DNA of 64,000 nucleotides, from contig NC_087250.1 of the NCBI RefSeq assembly GCF_037042905.1, forward strand, positions 14,570,001 to 14,634,000, in the 5' to 3' direction. The translations under genes and the position numbers were made by a program. Shown here piece after piece: positions 25,574-36,731 of the stretch. Each line of letters opens with the position of its first letter. Within the stretch, counting starts at the first letter, position 1. The notes beneath the pieces are model-generated. The model was not told where the DNA came from. It did no database searches and saw only the letters and a program-made list of their open reading frames with translations. This stretch comes from Lytechinus pictus. Its lineage: Eukaryota.

Positions 25574-27461
25574 AGGAGAAATATATTGAAAATCGTAAAA
25601 ATGGAGAATCATATATCAAATCAAAGGAGAAAATAAGGAGAACACGATGGTGTACATCATTTATCATGGAGACCGATGGAACTCAGTTAATTGATAGTTT
25701 AAAGTTCTCTCTCTGAATGCTTCAAACACGCAGAATTACGTCCGCGAAATTGGGGATTTTTATGACGTCACTTTCTGTACGAGAGGCGTGATTGGCTCTC
25801 CCACGTGAAGCTCCACTTGCATGCAAAACCTGTTGCGAGGGTACGTTTTCTCCACATTGTCACTGAATACTTCGATCACGAAATGAAAGAAAACCCAGAA
25901 TTTTATCTAGATTTGGATTTTCAAATTGATTATTTTGAAGATGAAGAGAATGATGATGAAGTGAACAACAAAGTGACGTAGTTGGAGGTAAATTGGGGGA
26001 ATTACGCCGATGATGATGAGTCGGACAATTCAACTTGCAACACGATCACATGCCGATTCGCTACCTAACTCATGCAGCTGCTAAGTGCTAGCTACACCGC
26101 GCGGGCCAAATTGAATTCATGAAAATGAATTACCACACTGTCCAGACAGAGTCTCTTACCTCTGTGACTATGAAGAAGGAAAATAATGATAAAACTGTAC
26201 TTACAAACAAGTGAATGTAATCCGAACCTGAAGGCAAATCAACTCAACGAATAGCAGCAGACGATATGCACCGATGATAAACTTCATGTGGCTGGGATAG
26301 ATTGTCACTCGTTCTGTTAGATGTAATTTTTATCTCATTAATTTGACAAAATTACGAAACTCGGGGAATTATTTATCTATATAAAAATATAGTAACATCT
26401 CGTATAATTTTTAAATTACGATAAAACGTTTTTTGAAGGAAAACGTTGAGGTAAATTAAAATTAGATGTAAAAGATCCCCAACATGCGTAGCTTGATTGA
26501 GAGCTGTGCAACACGTGCATAGATCTTCTCTCTCAGCCAAGGCGAGCAAGCAATACGGCATGTTTGTGATTTTGATTACGATCACATATTCGAGCTTTTA
26601 AAAGATTTTATCGTAATTTAAAAGATAATACGAGATGTTACTATATTTTTATATAGATAAATAATTCCCCGAGTTTCGTAATTTTGTCAAATTAATGAGA
26701 TAAAAATTACATCTAACAGAACGAGTGACAATCTATCCCAGCCACATGAAGTTTATCGTCGGTGCATATCGTCTGCTGCTATTCGTTGAGTTGCCTTCAG
26801 GTTCGGATTACATTCACTTGTTTGTAAGTACAGTTTTATCATTATTTTCCTTCTTCATAGTCACAGAGGTAAGAGACTCTGTCTGGACAGTGTGGTAATT
26901 CATTTTCATGAATTCAATTTGGCCCGCGCGGTGTAGCTAGCACTTAGCAGCTGCATGAGTTAGGTAGCGAATCGGCATGTGATCGTGTTGCAAGTTGAAT
27001 TGTCCGACTCATCATCATCGGCGTAATTCCCCCAATTTACCTCCAACTACGTCACTTTGTTGTTCATTTCATCATCATTCTCTTCATCTTCAAAATAATC
27101 AATTTGAAAATCCAAATCTACATGTAGATAAAATTCTGGGTTTTCTTTCATTTCGTGATCGAAGTATTCAGTGACAGTGTGGAGAAAACATACCCTCGCA
27201 ACAGGTTTTGCATGCAAGTGGAGCTTCACGTGGGAGAGCCAATCACGCATCTCGTACAGAAAGTGACGTCATCAAATTCAAGTCAATTCAGAGACCGATG
27301 CGAGGCATATTTCGGAGAGGCATTTTGAGCGTTTTTTAATCGGCGATTTTCACCTTATGTATTATTTTCGTTATTTTTTAATGACCCACTGATAATCCCC
27401 ACATCATTATCTTTCCATTGACATATAATAAGACCACATTCATAATCAATATAGTTCTCCT
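25574..27461. mobile_element. TTAA-flanked (Kolobok-like) non-autonomous element with about 670-bp internal inverted repeat
   Basis: TTAA|AGGAGAA...TTCTCCT|TTAA; arms about 25762-26435 and 26595-27272. Confidence 0.82.
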
Positions 27462-27772
27462 TTAAGCATGAATGCCAAATCTGTGAACAATACTCCAAGG
27501 CAGGTCGAACTGTGGACTTATAAAGTAGCTTGAAGCTCCTAGGTTAAGCTTTACAAAAGAATATAATTCCTGATATATTTCAATATTTATGAAGTATGAA
27601 TAGAAAAATCAGAAAGTCCACTTTGTAACTCTGTGAATATATATGATAATCAAAATTGTAACTAACACAGACAAATTTCTGTTGTTGAGGTAGAGAGCAC
27701 TATAGAAAACAAGCAGATCATTATTTGTGTGAATGTTTATGAAATTAGTCTCCTTAACCAGTCACTTTATAG

Positions 27773-27867
27773 CTTTGCCAATGGAAGAGCGACAGGCTTA
27801 GTAATAGACAGTGGAGCAACTCACACCACAGCAGTGCCTGTATATGAAGGCTATGTCAACCAAACAG
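27773..27867 (+). CDS. ACTL6A: ACTL6A exon 6 ([31 protein letters not shown])
   Basis: [22 protein letters not shown] motif; GTAAGT donor. Confidence 0.97.
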
Positions 27868-29955
27868 GTAAGTTATTTGAGCTACAGATGATATTTTATG
27901 TGTGCCTCGCACTATACTATATCAAATCAGATTTTTGCTAACCCAAAATAAGCAAATGGGACTTCCAATATAAATCAATTCGCAACAGAAAATACCACTG
28001 CTAAAAAGCAAATTAAAAAATTTGTAGTACCAACTAATATCTCTCTCGGGGGTGGATCCACAATTTTTTTTTTTTTTTTTTTTTTTTTTTGGGGGGGGGC
28101 ATTTTTGTACAGAACAAAATGAACAAGCCAAGCCCCCCCCCCCCCCTCCAAAAAAAAAGGTCGTCACTCCCAATTAACAGTGATATATGTCCGGAAAAAT
28201 TTGACAAGCAAAAAAAAAAGAAGAAGAAAATGTCCTTTCTTGCGCCGTATGCACAACATATTTTACTAACAAATACTTGTTATGGCTCTCAAAGGTCAGG
28301 GAGGGGGACACAGGCCAGGTGTGCCCCTTCATTGATCCTCCACACATCTATCTAGCCCTACAACACGAAATGTGCACATCAACTCACAGTAAAAACAAAA
28401 ATCAATAATGAACAGGAATAACCATTCATTCTTAAAGGACAAGTCCACCCCAACAAAAAGTTGATTTGAATAAAAAGAGAAAAATCCAACAAGCATAATA
28501 CTGAAAATGTCATCAAAATCGGATGTGAAATAAGAAAGTTATGATATTTCAAAGTTTTACTAAATTTCACAAAATAGTTATATGCACATCGTGGTCGGTA
28601 TGCAAATGAGGAGACTGATGACGTCATTCACTCACTATTTCTTTTGTATTTTATTATGTGAAATATGAAATATTCTAATTTTCTCCTCATTGTCAAGTGA
28701 AAAAACTATTTATACCGCCCTGAACATGTGGAATTAACATTGTTTAATACTATATGGCTCAGTCAAGTTGGTCCTTATTGTTGAATATGTAAAAAATGAA
28801 ATATTGTATAATTCAAACAATAAAAAACAAAACAAATAATGAGTGAGGGACATCAGCGACTGTCTTATTTGCATGCAACTGAGCTGTGCATATCACTGTT
28901 TTGTGAAAAATAAGTGGAACTTAAAAATGTCATAACTTTCTTATTTTACATCCGATTTTGATGAAATTTTCAGCGTTATGATAGTTTGATTTTTCTCTAC
29001 TCAAATCAACATTTTTCTGGTGTGGACTTGACCTTTAATGAATAACTCTCGAAACAAACAAAAATAGTTTGAAATAGCCAAGCCAAGTCTTTGATTGTGA
29101 AAAAACATCTGATTTGATTTTAATGATATGTATTCAAAGTCTCAAACTAACAAAATACGTGACTTTATAATGTGATATATATACACACTCACAAAAAATA
29201 ATGTGACTGCAGTTATGAAAAATGTTTTTATTCAATACAGCAATAAAAGTCAACCAAATAAGCATGCAACAAGCGACATGTAACAATGATATTATGACTT
29301 CTGCACACAACAAAATGTGACTACATACTCATTAACATGAATATGCATTCTTGAAATATTTTTCCAAAAATAAAATATTCATATTTTTATTCATTACAAC
29401 TATTTTTGGAACTCCACTATTAAAGAGAAAACTTCATAAGCAAGCAATGAGGTAACAAAAACATATGACATTTTAAATGTACGCTGTACACTCACAAAAA
29501 AGGTGACTACACATGTACATGATAATACACTCATTAACATAATTTTTGCAATATTTCAAAAAAAAATCAATATTTATGATTTTATTCTATACAGCTCTTG
29601 TTAAATGTCCACCCAAAAAAAGATTTTGTACGCATGATGAGCTTTTAACAAAAATATGATTTTATGAAAGTACACACCAGACAGAAAATCAATATTTTAT
29701 TTTCGAGGGCTACATGTACTTTTCACATTCTATTGCCTAAATTTGCAGTGAATTAAGATTTTCTTGGGCATTTTTAAAATTATTTTTCATGGCTCTTTTG
29801 TGCATTTCATGGGAAAAATTGCCCCAAGTTCTCTTGTAGTTTTTCCCTGGTACACACACAAAAAATGATGTGATTTCATGATAATGATTATTCATCAATA
29901 TGCATGCTTTGGATATTTAGAAAAATGAATATATTCATGTTTTTATTCTATACAG

Positions 29956-30062
29956 CTATTGTTAAAAGTCCGCTTGGAGGGGACTTCATAAGCATGCAAT
30001 GTAAAGAGTTCTTTGACGAGGAGAAGATAGACGTGGTCCCTGCTTACAGGATAGCATCGAAG
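29956..30062 (+). CDS. ACTL6A: ACTL6A exon 7 ([36 protein letters not shown]); later exons not found in the window
   Basis: IVKSPL.GDFI.MQC and IASK motifs; GTAAGG donor. 229 codons are assembled up to here. Confidence 0.96.
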
Positions 30063-30078
30063 GTAAGGCTCTATTTAA

Positions 30079-31826
30079 TTTGCTTCTCCTCACAACCATT
30101 CATTACATGTGTTAAACAACCAGTAACAGGGGAGCAGCATATAAATATGGTCAATATTTCATTTGCTGCTACTCATAACCATTCATTACGTGTGCGATAC
30201 AACTGGTAACATGGGAGCAGCATATAATATTGTTAATATTTCATTTGCTGCTACTCACAAACATTCATTACATGTGTTAAACAACTAGTAACAGGGGAGC
30301 AGCATATATACGGTCAATATTTCATATGCTGCTACTCATAACCATTCATTACATGTGTTAAACAACCAGGAACAGGGGAGCAGCATGTAAATATGCCATA
30401 ATACGGTCAATATTTCATATGCTGCTACTCATTACCATTCATTACATGTGTTAAACAACTAGTAACAGGGGAGCAGCGTACAAATATGGTCAATATTTCA
30501 TATGCTGCTACTCATTACCATTCATTACATGTGTTAAACAACTAGTAACAGGGGAGCAGCGTACAAATATGGTCAATATTTCATATGCTGCTACTCATTA
30601 CCATTCATTACATGTGTTAAACAACTAGTAACAGGGGAGCAGCGTACAAATATGGTCAATATTTCATTTGCTGCTCCTCAAACTCATTCATTACATGTGT
30701 TAAACAACTAGTAACAGGGGAGCAGCATATAAATTTGGTCAATATTTCATTTGCTGGTCCTCATAACCATTCATTACGTGTGTCATACAACTGGTAACAT
30801 GGGAGCAGTATATAACATTGTTAATATTTCATTTGCTGCTACTCATAACCATTCAGTACATGTGTTAAACAACCAGTAACAGGGGAGCAGTATATAAATA
30901 TGGTCAATATTTCATTTGCTGCTCCTCAAACTCATTCATTACATGTATTAAACAACTAGTAACAGGGGAGCAGCATATAAATTTGGTCAATATTTCATTT
31001 GCTGCTCCTCAAACTCATTCATTACATGTGTTAAACAACTAGTAACAGGGGAGCAGCATATAAATATGGTCAATATTTCATTTGCTGCTCCTCAAACTCA
31101 TTCATTACATGTGTTAAACAACCAGTAACAGGGGAGCAGCATAGAAATATGGTCAATATTTCATATGCTGCTACTCATTACCATTCATTACATGTATTAA
31201 ACAACTAGTAACAGGGGAGTAGCATATAAATATGGTCAATATTTCATTTGCTGCTCCTCAAACTCATTCATTACATGTGTTAAACAACCAGTAACAGGGG
31301 AGCAGCATATAAATTTGGTCAATATTTCATTTGCTGCTCCTCGCAACCATTCATTACATGTGTTAAACAACTAGTAACAGGGGAGCAGCATATAAATATG
31401 GTCAATATTTCATACGCTGCTCCTCAAACTCATTCATTACATGTGTTAAACAACCAGTAACAGGGGAGCAGCATATAAATATGTTCAATATTTCATTTGC
31501 TGCTCCTCAAACTCATTCATTACATGTGTTAAACAATCAGTAACAGGGGAGCAGCATAGAAATATGGTCAATATTTCATTTGCTGCTCCTCAAACTCATG
31601 CATTACATGTGTTAAATAACCAGTAACAGGGGAGCAGCATATAATGTTAATATTTCATTTGCTGCTGCCCCGAAACATTCATTACATGTGTTAAACAACT
31701 AGTAACAGGGAAGCAGCATACAAATATGGTCAATATTTCATTTGCTGCTCCTCACAACCATTCATTACATGTGTTAAACAACTAGTAACAGGGGAGCAGC
31801 GTATAAATATGGTCAATATTTCATTT
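30079..31826. repeat. 83-bp minisatellite, about 21 copies
   Basis: Unit CATTTGCTGCTCCTCAAACTCATTCATTACATGTGTTAAACAACTAGTAACAGGGGAGCAGCATATAAATATGGTCAATATTT; period 83 measured at 30431/30514/30597. Confidence 0.97.
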
Positions 31827-32473
31827 TACTACCGGTATTTTGTGTTTTGCAAATATGGCAAGGCATGAAAATCACACGTATGTGTGAGAGTTCAGCTTTT
31901 TATCTGATTTCAGATTTTTTTTTTTTTTTGGTTTTGATTTTCAGCTTAATTTCAACTTCTTTTAGCTTTCTTCTGTACAAAAACTGTGGGAGCTCTTTCT
32001 GTTTCAGTGTTTTTTTTCAACACTCTAGCTTTTTTCAGATCTTTTTATTTGTGACCATTCACACCCCTGAACACACTTTTGTACAACAGAGTGTGTATGC
32101 AGCAACAAACAGAATCAGTATTCACAGCTGCTAACCATGAAGAAAACTTTAAACTCTTTTTTTTTTTAAGATGATGTGAAAAGGAAAGTATAAAAGGGTA
32201 TCCAAAAAAGTATGGATTCAGGGTTGATAGGAGGGGGAAAAAAGAGTATCCTGAAATGAAATGCTGGGTAGCACTTCCTGGTTCCTGTTGCAGAAAAGTT
32301 ATTACTATGGCAACCTCCGTGGCCGCAGCACTCCACAGCCAATCAAAATCAAGGATTTCATGGAGGTAAACATTTGATGGCAAAGTTTAATACCATTGAA
32401 GAAAACTTCTGCAACAGGGTCCTGGATAGGACAAGTGGAAAAATTATTGATCACCTATAAGTTTTAAAATAGA

Positions 32474-35215
32474 TTAAACAGGTATAACACTATTGATGGC
32501 CCTATTGGATCTCATGCTCTTCTCAAACTGAGCCCAGAAGAGTTCCTGACCATCCTCATCATCTGTCCAGAGCATGTAAGGTTTGTTCTTACTCAAGAAC
32601 AACCGAACTAGGTACGGAAGGTCAGCATCCCGGATGTCCTCAAGGAAAATCAAGATGACCATGTCCAGTTTGGTATCGTTCATTTGCTCCAGGGCGATGC
32701 GCAACTTGGTCAAGAACCAAGCGTCATTTATACAGTTATAACTGATCAAAAGGACCGTCTTGAAACTGTTATCAACAACATAGTGAAGAGCATTGATGTA
32801 GAACATCGCAATGTTGAGGTCATTGTCCCCAAAGGCCACCTTCTGGAGATGTGGAAACCTTTCCCGCAGAACTGGCTTCAAGATGCCGTCAACCCATTCC
32901 TGGTCGTCTTCGTTATACATAATGTTTAGCTGGTATTCGTAGTCCTGTGCATCAAATTCATGGTTGATTTCCTCGTAGCCAAAGATGGCTAGCTTCAGGA
33001 GAAAGAACTTGTAGTTCAGCCACCATCGCTGCCGGTAAGCCACCAGGCCAATCACCAATACCAGAAGACCTGAAAGGCATACACTTGTGATCATCACAAA
33101 GTTTATTCCACAATATTTGTCTGGGTTAAATGTTAATATGGGTGAATCCACTTCTGCTTTGATTGATGTTAGTGAGCAGAGAGTTTGCTTTGGAAGCCTG
33201 AGTTCAATGTTGCCAGAACGAAGCCATTTCACAAACCAACTCAGTTGGCAAGTACAGGAGAATGGGTTTCCAGCAGCATCTATTCTCAGTGTCGTATTCG
33301 TTGGGAAGGACGTCATTGGTTCTATGGTGGTGATTCTGTTTTGTTGGATGAAAAGACTGTGCAAAGAGGTGGTTTCCTTGAACAATGTTCTTGGAATAGT
33401 CTCAAGTTTATTATTGCCTAAGAACAGAACGGCAAGGTGGTGTTGCCTTTGAAGCAGGGACTCGGGTACCTTCATAATCGCATTGTCCCGGACGTCCAGA
33501 GTTGTGAGGGCAGTCAGGCTATCAAAGACACCACAGCTCAGAACTGATATAGTACACTGAGACAGGTAAAGAATCCTGAGTTTCTTCATGGGGTTGAAAG
33601 TACCTGGTGCTAACATATCAAACTGATTTTGTCTCAGGTCCAGAACTATCAGGGAATTTAATCCCCAAAAGAGGGTCCTATTTGTCTTAGCATGGTGTAT
33701 ATCTGCACTTTTCAAGCTGCAGTCTCGCATGATTAGCCTATTGAGCGATGAAGCATTTGTAAATTGCCTCAGGGTGGTAATCTTTAACGGAGCAAAGGAC
33801 AAATCCAACACTTGCAGATGTCCCAGGTAGCGAAAAGCGCCATTGATGAGTTGCTGATTCTCGTTAGTGAGATGCAGCTCTTGAAGGTGTCTCAAGTTGA
33901 TAAAAGAGTATGGGGAGAATGACTGAGAGATGCCATTGTTGGACATGTTCAGAATTTGAAGATTTGTGAAACTCCACATTAAGAACCTTCGGATCGTTTT
34001 GAATTTGTTAAAAGACAGGTCTATATATTCTACTGAAGGAATTGTCACGTTGCTCCTCGGAATTTCTTCTATATTATTATGTGCCAAGTTGAGTTGGGAG
34101 AGTGAGAATAAGCCTGATACTAAATCAATAAACAGACTTGCAATCTGATTACTATTCAGCTTAAGTGTGGATAACATGTGCAGGCAGGAGAATGTCTTAA
34201 AGCTCAGAGTTGTCATGCAATTATAAGACAAATCCAAATCAATTAGGTTGTCCAATCCACAGAATGATTTACTAGATAAGTTGGCAACTCTGTTTCTATG
34301 AAGTGAAATTTTTTTTGTCTGATTGAACCCCCAAAACGCATAATCAGGTAAATATCGTATTCTGTTTCCTTTCATGATTATCATAGATATTTGACCATGA
34401 TCTTCTAGAGCAATGTGAGATTTGTTCCCTGAAATTATATATTCAATCTTGCAAGCATTTAAATCTAGATGTGTAATAGCACTTCTCCCTATAATCACTG
34501 AGGGAATAAAGTTTTGAAAATTGTTGTGTGACAGCAACAACCAATTCACTGTCTTCAAATAGGAGAAAACCTTAAAAGGAAGAGTCTGTAAGGCATTTCC
34601 TCTTAGGTATAGTTTTTCTAGTGAGCAGTTCTGTAGCGGTTCAAAGTCAAGGGCATCAAGAAAAGCGATTCTATTCTGAGATACATCAAGGGTCGTGATG
34701 CTGGTGGACCAAGGAAGTGCACTGCGTGGGAAAGAAACCAATCTGTTTTTGCCGAGAATGAGTATAGAGAGGAAACGGTTTTCACGGAACAACCCTGGGG
34801 GAAGAGAAACAAGTATGTTGTCTCGTAGACTTAATTTCCTGAGGTGACTCAGAGACTCAAAGGCACCATGTTCTATCTTCGACAGAACATTGTGTTCAAG
34901 TCCTAAGGAAGTGATATTTGGGTAATATGCAAAAGAGCCGTTGAACAAGGTTGATATCTTATTGAAGGAGAGATCGACCATTACTGTGTTCCGTGGAAGA
35001 TCCTGAGGAACAGATTTGAGGTGTAGGTGAGTGCAGATGGCTTTTGTTCCAAGGCTTGTGTTCTTGAGGATGCATTCTTCGGTCGACTCAGAGCTGAGAC
35101 TTCCTGAAACATCCTTGAAAGGCCGCTCAGCCAGAAGCAGGGACATGGTAAGGAGCAGTATCCCCAGACAGGAGGAAACCCTTGAGGCATTCATGGTGGT
35201 ATTAACAGCCAGCAT
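32474..35215 (-). CDS. Toll-like receptor copy A (intronless, 913 aa: signal peptide, LRRNT, about 20 LRRs, LRRCT, TM, TIR)
   Basis: LxxLxLxxNxL repeats; NPFSCTCQLSWFVKWL LRRCT; hydrophobic TM (FVMITSVCLSGLLVLVIGLVAY); C-terminal TIR domain. Confidence 0.97.
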   Translation of the reverse strand: MLAVNTTMNASRVSSCLGILLLTMSLLLAERPFKDVSGSLSSESTEECILKNTSLGTKAICTHLHLKSVPQDLPRNTVMVDLSFNKISTLFNGSFAYYPNITSLGLEHNVLSKIEHGAFESLSHLRKLSLRDNILVSLPPGLFRENRFLSILILGKNRLVSFPRSALPWSTSITTLDVSQNRIAFLDALDFEPLQNCSLEKLYLRGNALQTLPFKVFSYLKTVNWLLLSHNNFQNFIPSVIIGRSAITHLDLNACKIEYIISGNKSHIALEDHGQISMIIMKGNRIRYLPDYAFWGFNQTKKISLHRNRVANLSSKSFCGLDNLIDLDLSYNCMTTLSFKTFSCLHMLSTLKLNSNQIASLFIDLVSGLFSLSQLNLAHNNIEEIPRSNVTIPSVEYIDLSFNKFKTIRRFLMWSFTNLQILNMSNNGISQSFSPYSFINLRHLQELHLTNENQQLINGAFRYLGHLQVLDLSFAPLKITTLRQFTNASSLNRLIMRDCSLKSADIHHAKTNRTLFWGLNSLIVLDLRQNQFDMLAPGTFNPMKKLRILYLSQCTISVLSCGVFDSLTALTTLDVRDNAIMKVPESLLQRQHHLAVLFLGNNKLETIPRTLFKETTSLHSLFIQQNRITTIEPMTSFPTNTTLRIDAAGNPFSCTCQLSWFVKWLRSGNIELRLPKQTLCSLTSIKAEVDSPILTFNPDKYCGINFVMITSVCLSGLLVLVIGLVAYRQRWWLNYKFFLLKLAIFGYEEINHEFDAQDYEYQLNIMYNEDDQEWVDGILKPVLRERFPHLQKVAFGDNDLNIAMFYINALHYVVDNSFKTVLLISYNCINDAWFLTKLRIALEQMNDTKLDMVILIFLEDIRDADLPYLVRLFLSKNKPYMLWTDDEDGQELFWAQFEKSMRSNRAINSVIPV

Positions 35216-36329
35216 GATTGTGATCTGGAAGGTGTCACAACTGAAGGATCCTACCCATGTTACTCTCAGGATGGATAAATCTATCTGTAAGGACTGCTGG
35301 CCTTCAGGTAGTGGTGTAAAACTGTTTTCACAAGTACAAAATCAGCATCTCCTGTTTGGTTTCAGAAAAGCCAAAGTTGCATGTATTTGTACAATGACAA
35401 ACTGCAGTTTGGAATTGTCTTCCAGATTGCGATGTCACCACTGCCGAAGCAAATATCTTGATCAATTTAAATTGCTGCAAGAGAGTCAGGAATCTTGCCT
35501 TGTCCATAGACGTCCTCCCCTTGAAAGGTTGTCCGTAGCGACATTTGCTGCTGAATAATCATTTCAAATTCATTGTTGATATGAAGAACAAAGCAGCTGC
35601 AAAATTGATATGTTATGCTTCTGTGCAGATATGACTTGAAGCAAAGAAAGGATTGCAGAGATGAAGTGGCAAAGCAGACTGATGAATAAAGTCAAAGTTT
35701 CTGGAGCTCGAGTGCAATTTAAAATCACAAAATCATAGTTTGTTAACCGAGTGTCAAAGTCAGATAGCACTTGATAACAATGGAATGCTTAATCACTCTG
35801 AAATACATTTACATAACTTGAAGATTGCAACCAATTGTGCTTTTATTAGAAAAAAATAGTTTGTAATGAGTCTATTTTATAGCTGTTCTACTTTCGATTT
35901 CGGGTCTGATTCGTAATAAGTACTAGGAATGTACAATAATATTTTTTTTAAGTAAATAACTGGATAAACTTATTACCAGGATGTAAGGATATCAATGTTT
36001 CAGTTCTTTTAATAAAGCAAACATTTCCTGAGTACTCAAATCAATAATGATGAATGGTATTCTATTTCTTGGGTTTTTCTCTCTTTTTTTATCCCTTTCT
36101 TCCCTAAAGCAACCACTAGTCGAGCTGTATGAAATAAAATGATTTTAGTGGGTGTATTTAGCAATTTAACAGGAAATAATTGGTTTTATTTGCCCCCCAA
36201 AATTATTTTTTTCCTTTTGATATGAAACAAAAGTCTTTTGAATCTTTATTATAGAATGGGCTAATTATCTAAAGATATTGTTTTGTACATGTAGTATTAT
36301 GATATAACATACAGATATTCAATCACTAT

Positions 36330-36731
36330 GACCTGAATTCACAAAGGTGATTTTGAAAACCCACGGTTGAGTCCATGGTTTATGCAGATTTCCTGTATAA
36401 ATTACACTGATTTTACCGCGTATGCGCTTTTGTCACAGTGCGCCGAATTGACGCCTGTTACCATGGTTAGATATGCTATTTCATTCATGAGTCCACTGTT
36501 TTGAATTAATGAGTCCACTCTTCAAACAGTGGACTCATGAATAAAATAGCGTAACTAACCATGGTAACAGGCATCAATTTGGCGCACTGTGACAAAAGCG
36601 TGCATCAGCATTGGATATTTTTAAATACACGCGCCCGATACCTGCTAAATTAAGTGTAATTTATACAGGAAATCTGCATAAACCATGGATTCAACCGTGG
36701 GTTTTCAAAACCACCTTTGTGAATTCGGGAC
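36330..36731. mobile_element. Palindromic 400-bp MITE upstream of TLR A (paralogous copy 49080-49481; absent in unit C)
   Basis: Near whole-length inverted symmetry; TAT duplication; empty site AATCACTATATTTGTG near 61170. Confidence 0.85.

Larger units (their letters stand above)
23606..27772 (+). other. U12-type (minor spliceosome) GT-AG intron of ACTL6A
   Basis: 5' site GTATCCTTT; branch site TCCTTAAC at 27751-27758 close to the AG at 27771-27772; no long pyrimidine tract; splicing restores codon GC|C. Confidence 0.93.

Noticed and set aside
30079-31826. CRISPR-like regular array
   Set aside because: Eukaryotic intron, no unique spacers and no cas genes; it is a minisatellite.
35031-35558. 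175-aa plus-strand ORF repeated at 47781-48308
   Set aside because: Antisense to the TLR 5' end, non-ATG start, truncated in unit C; conservation reflects recent duplication.
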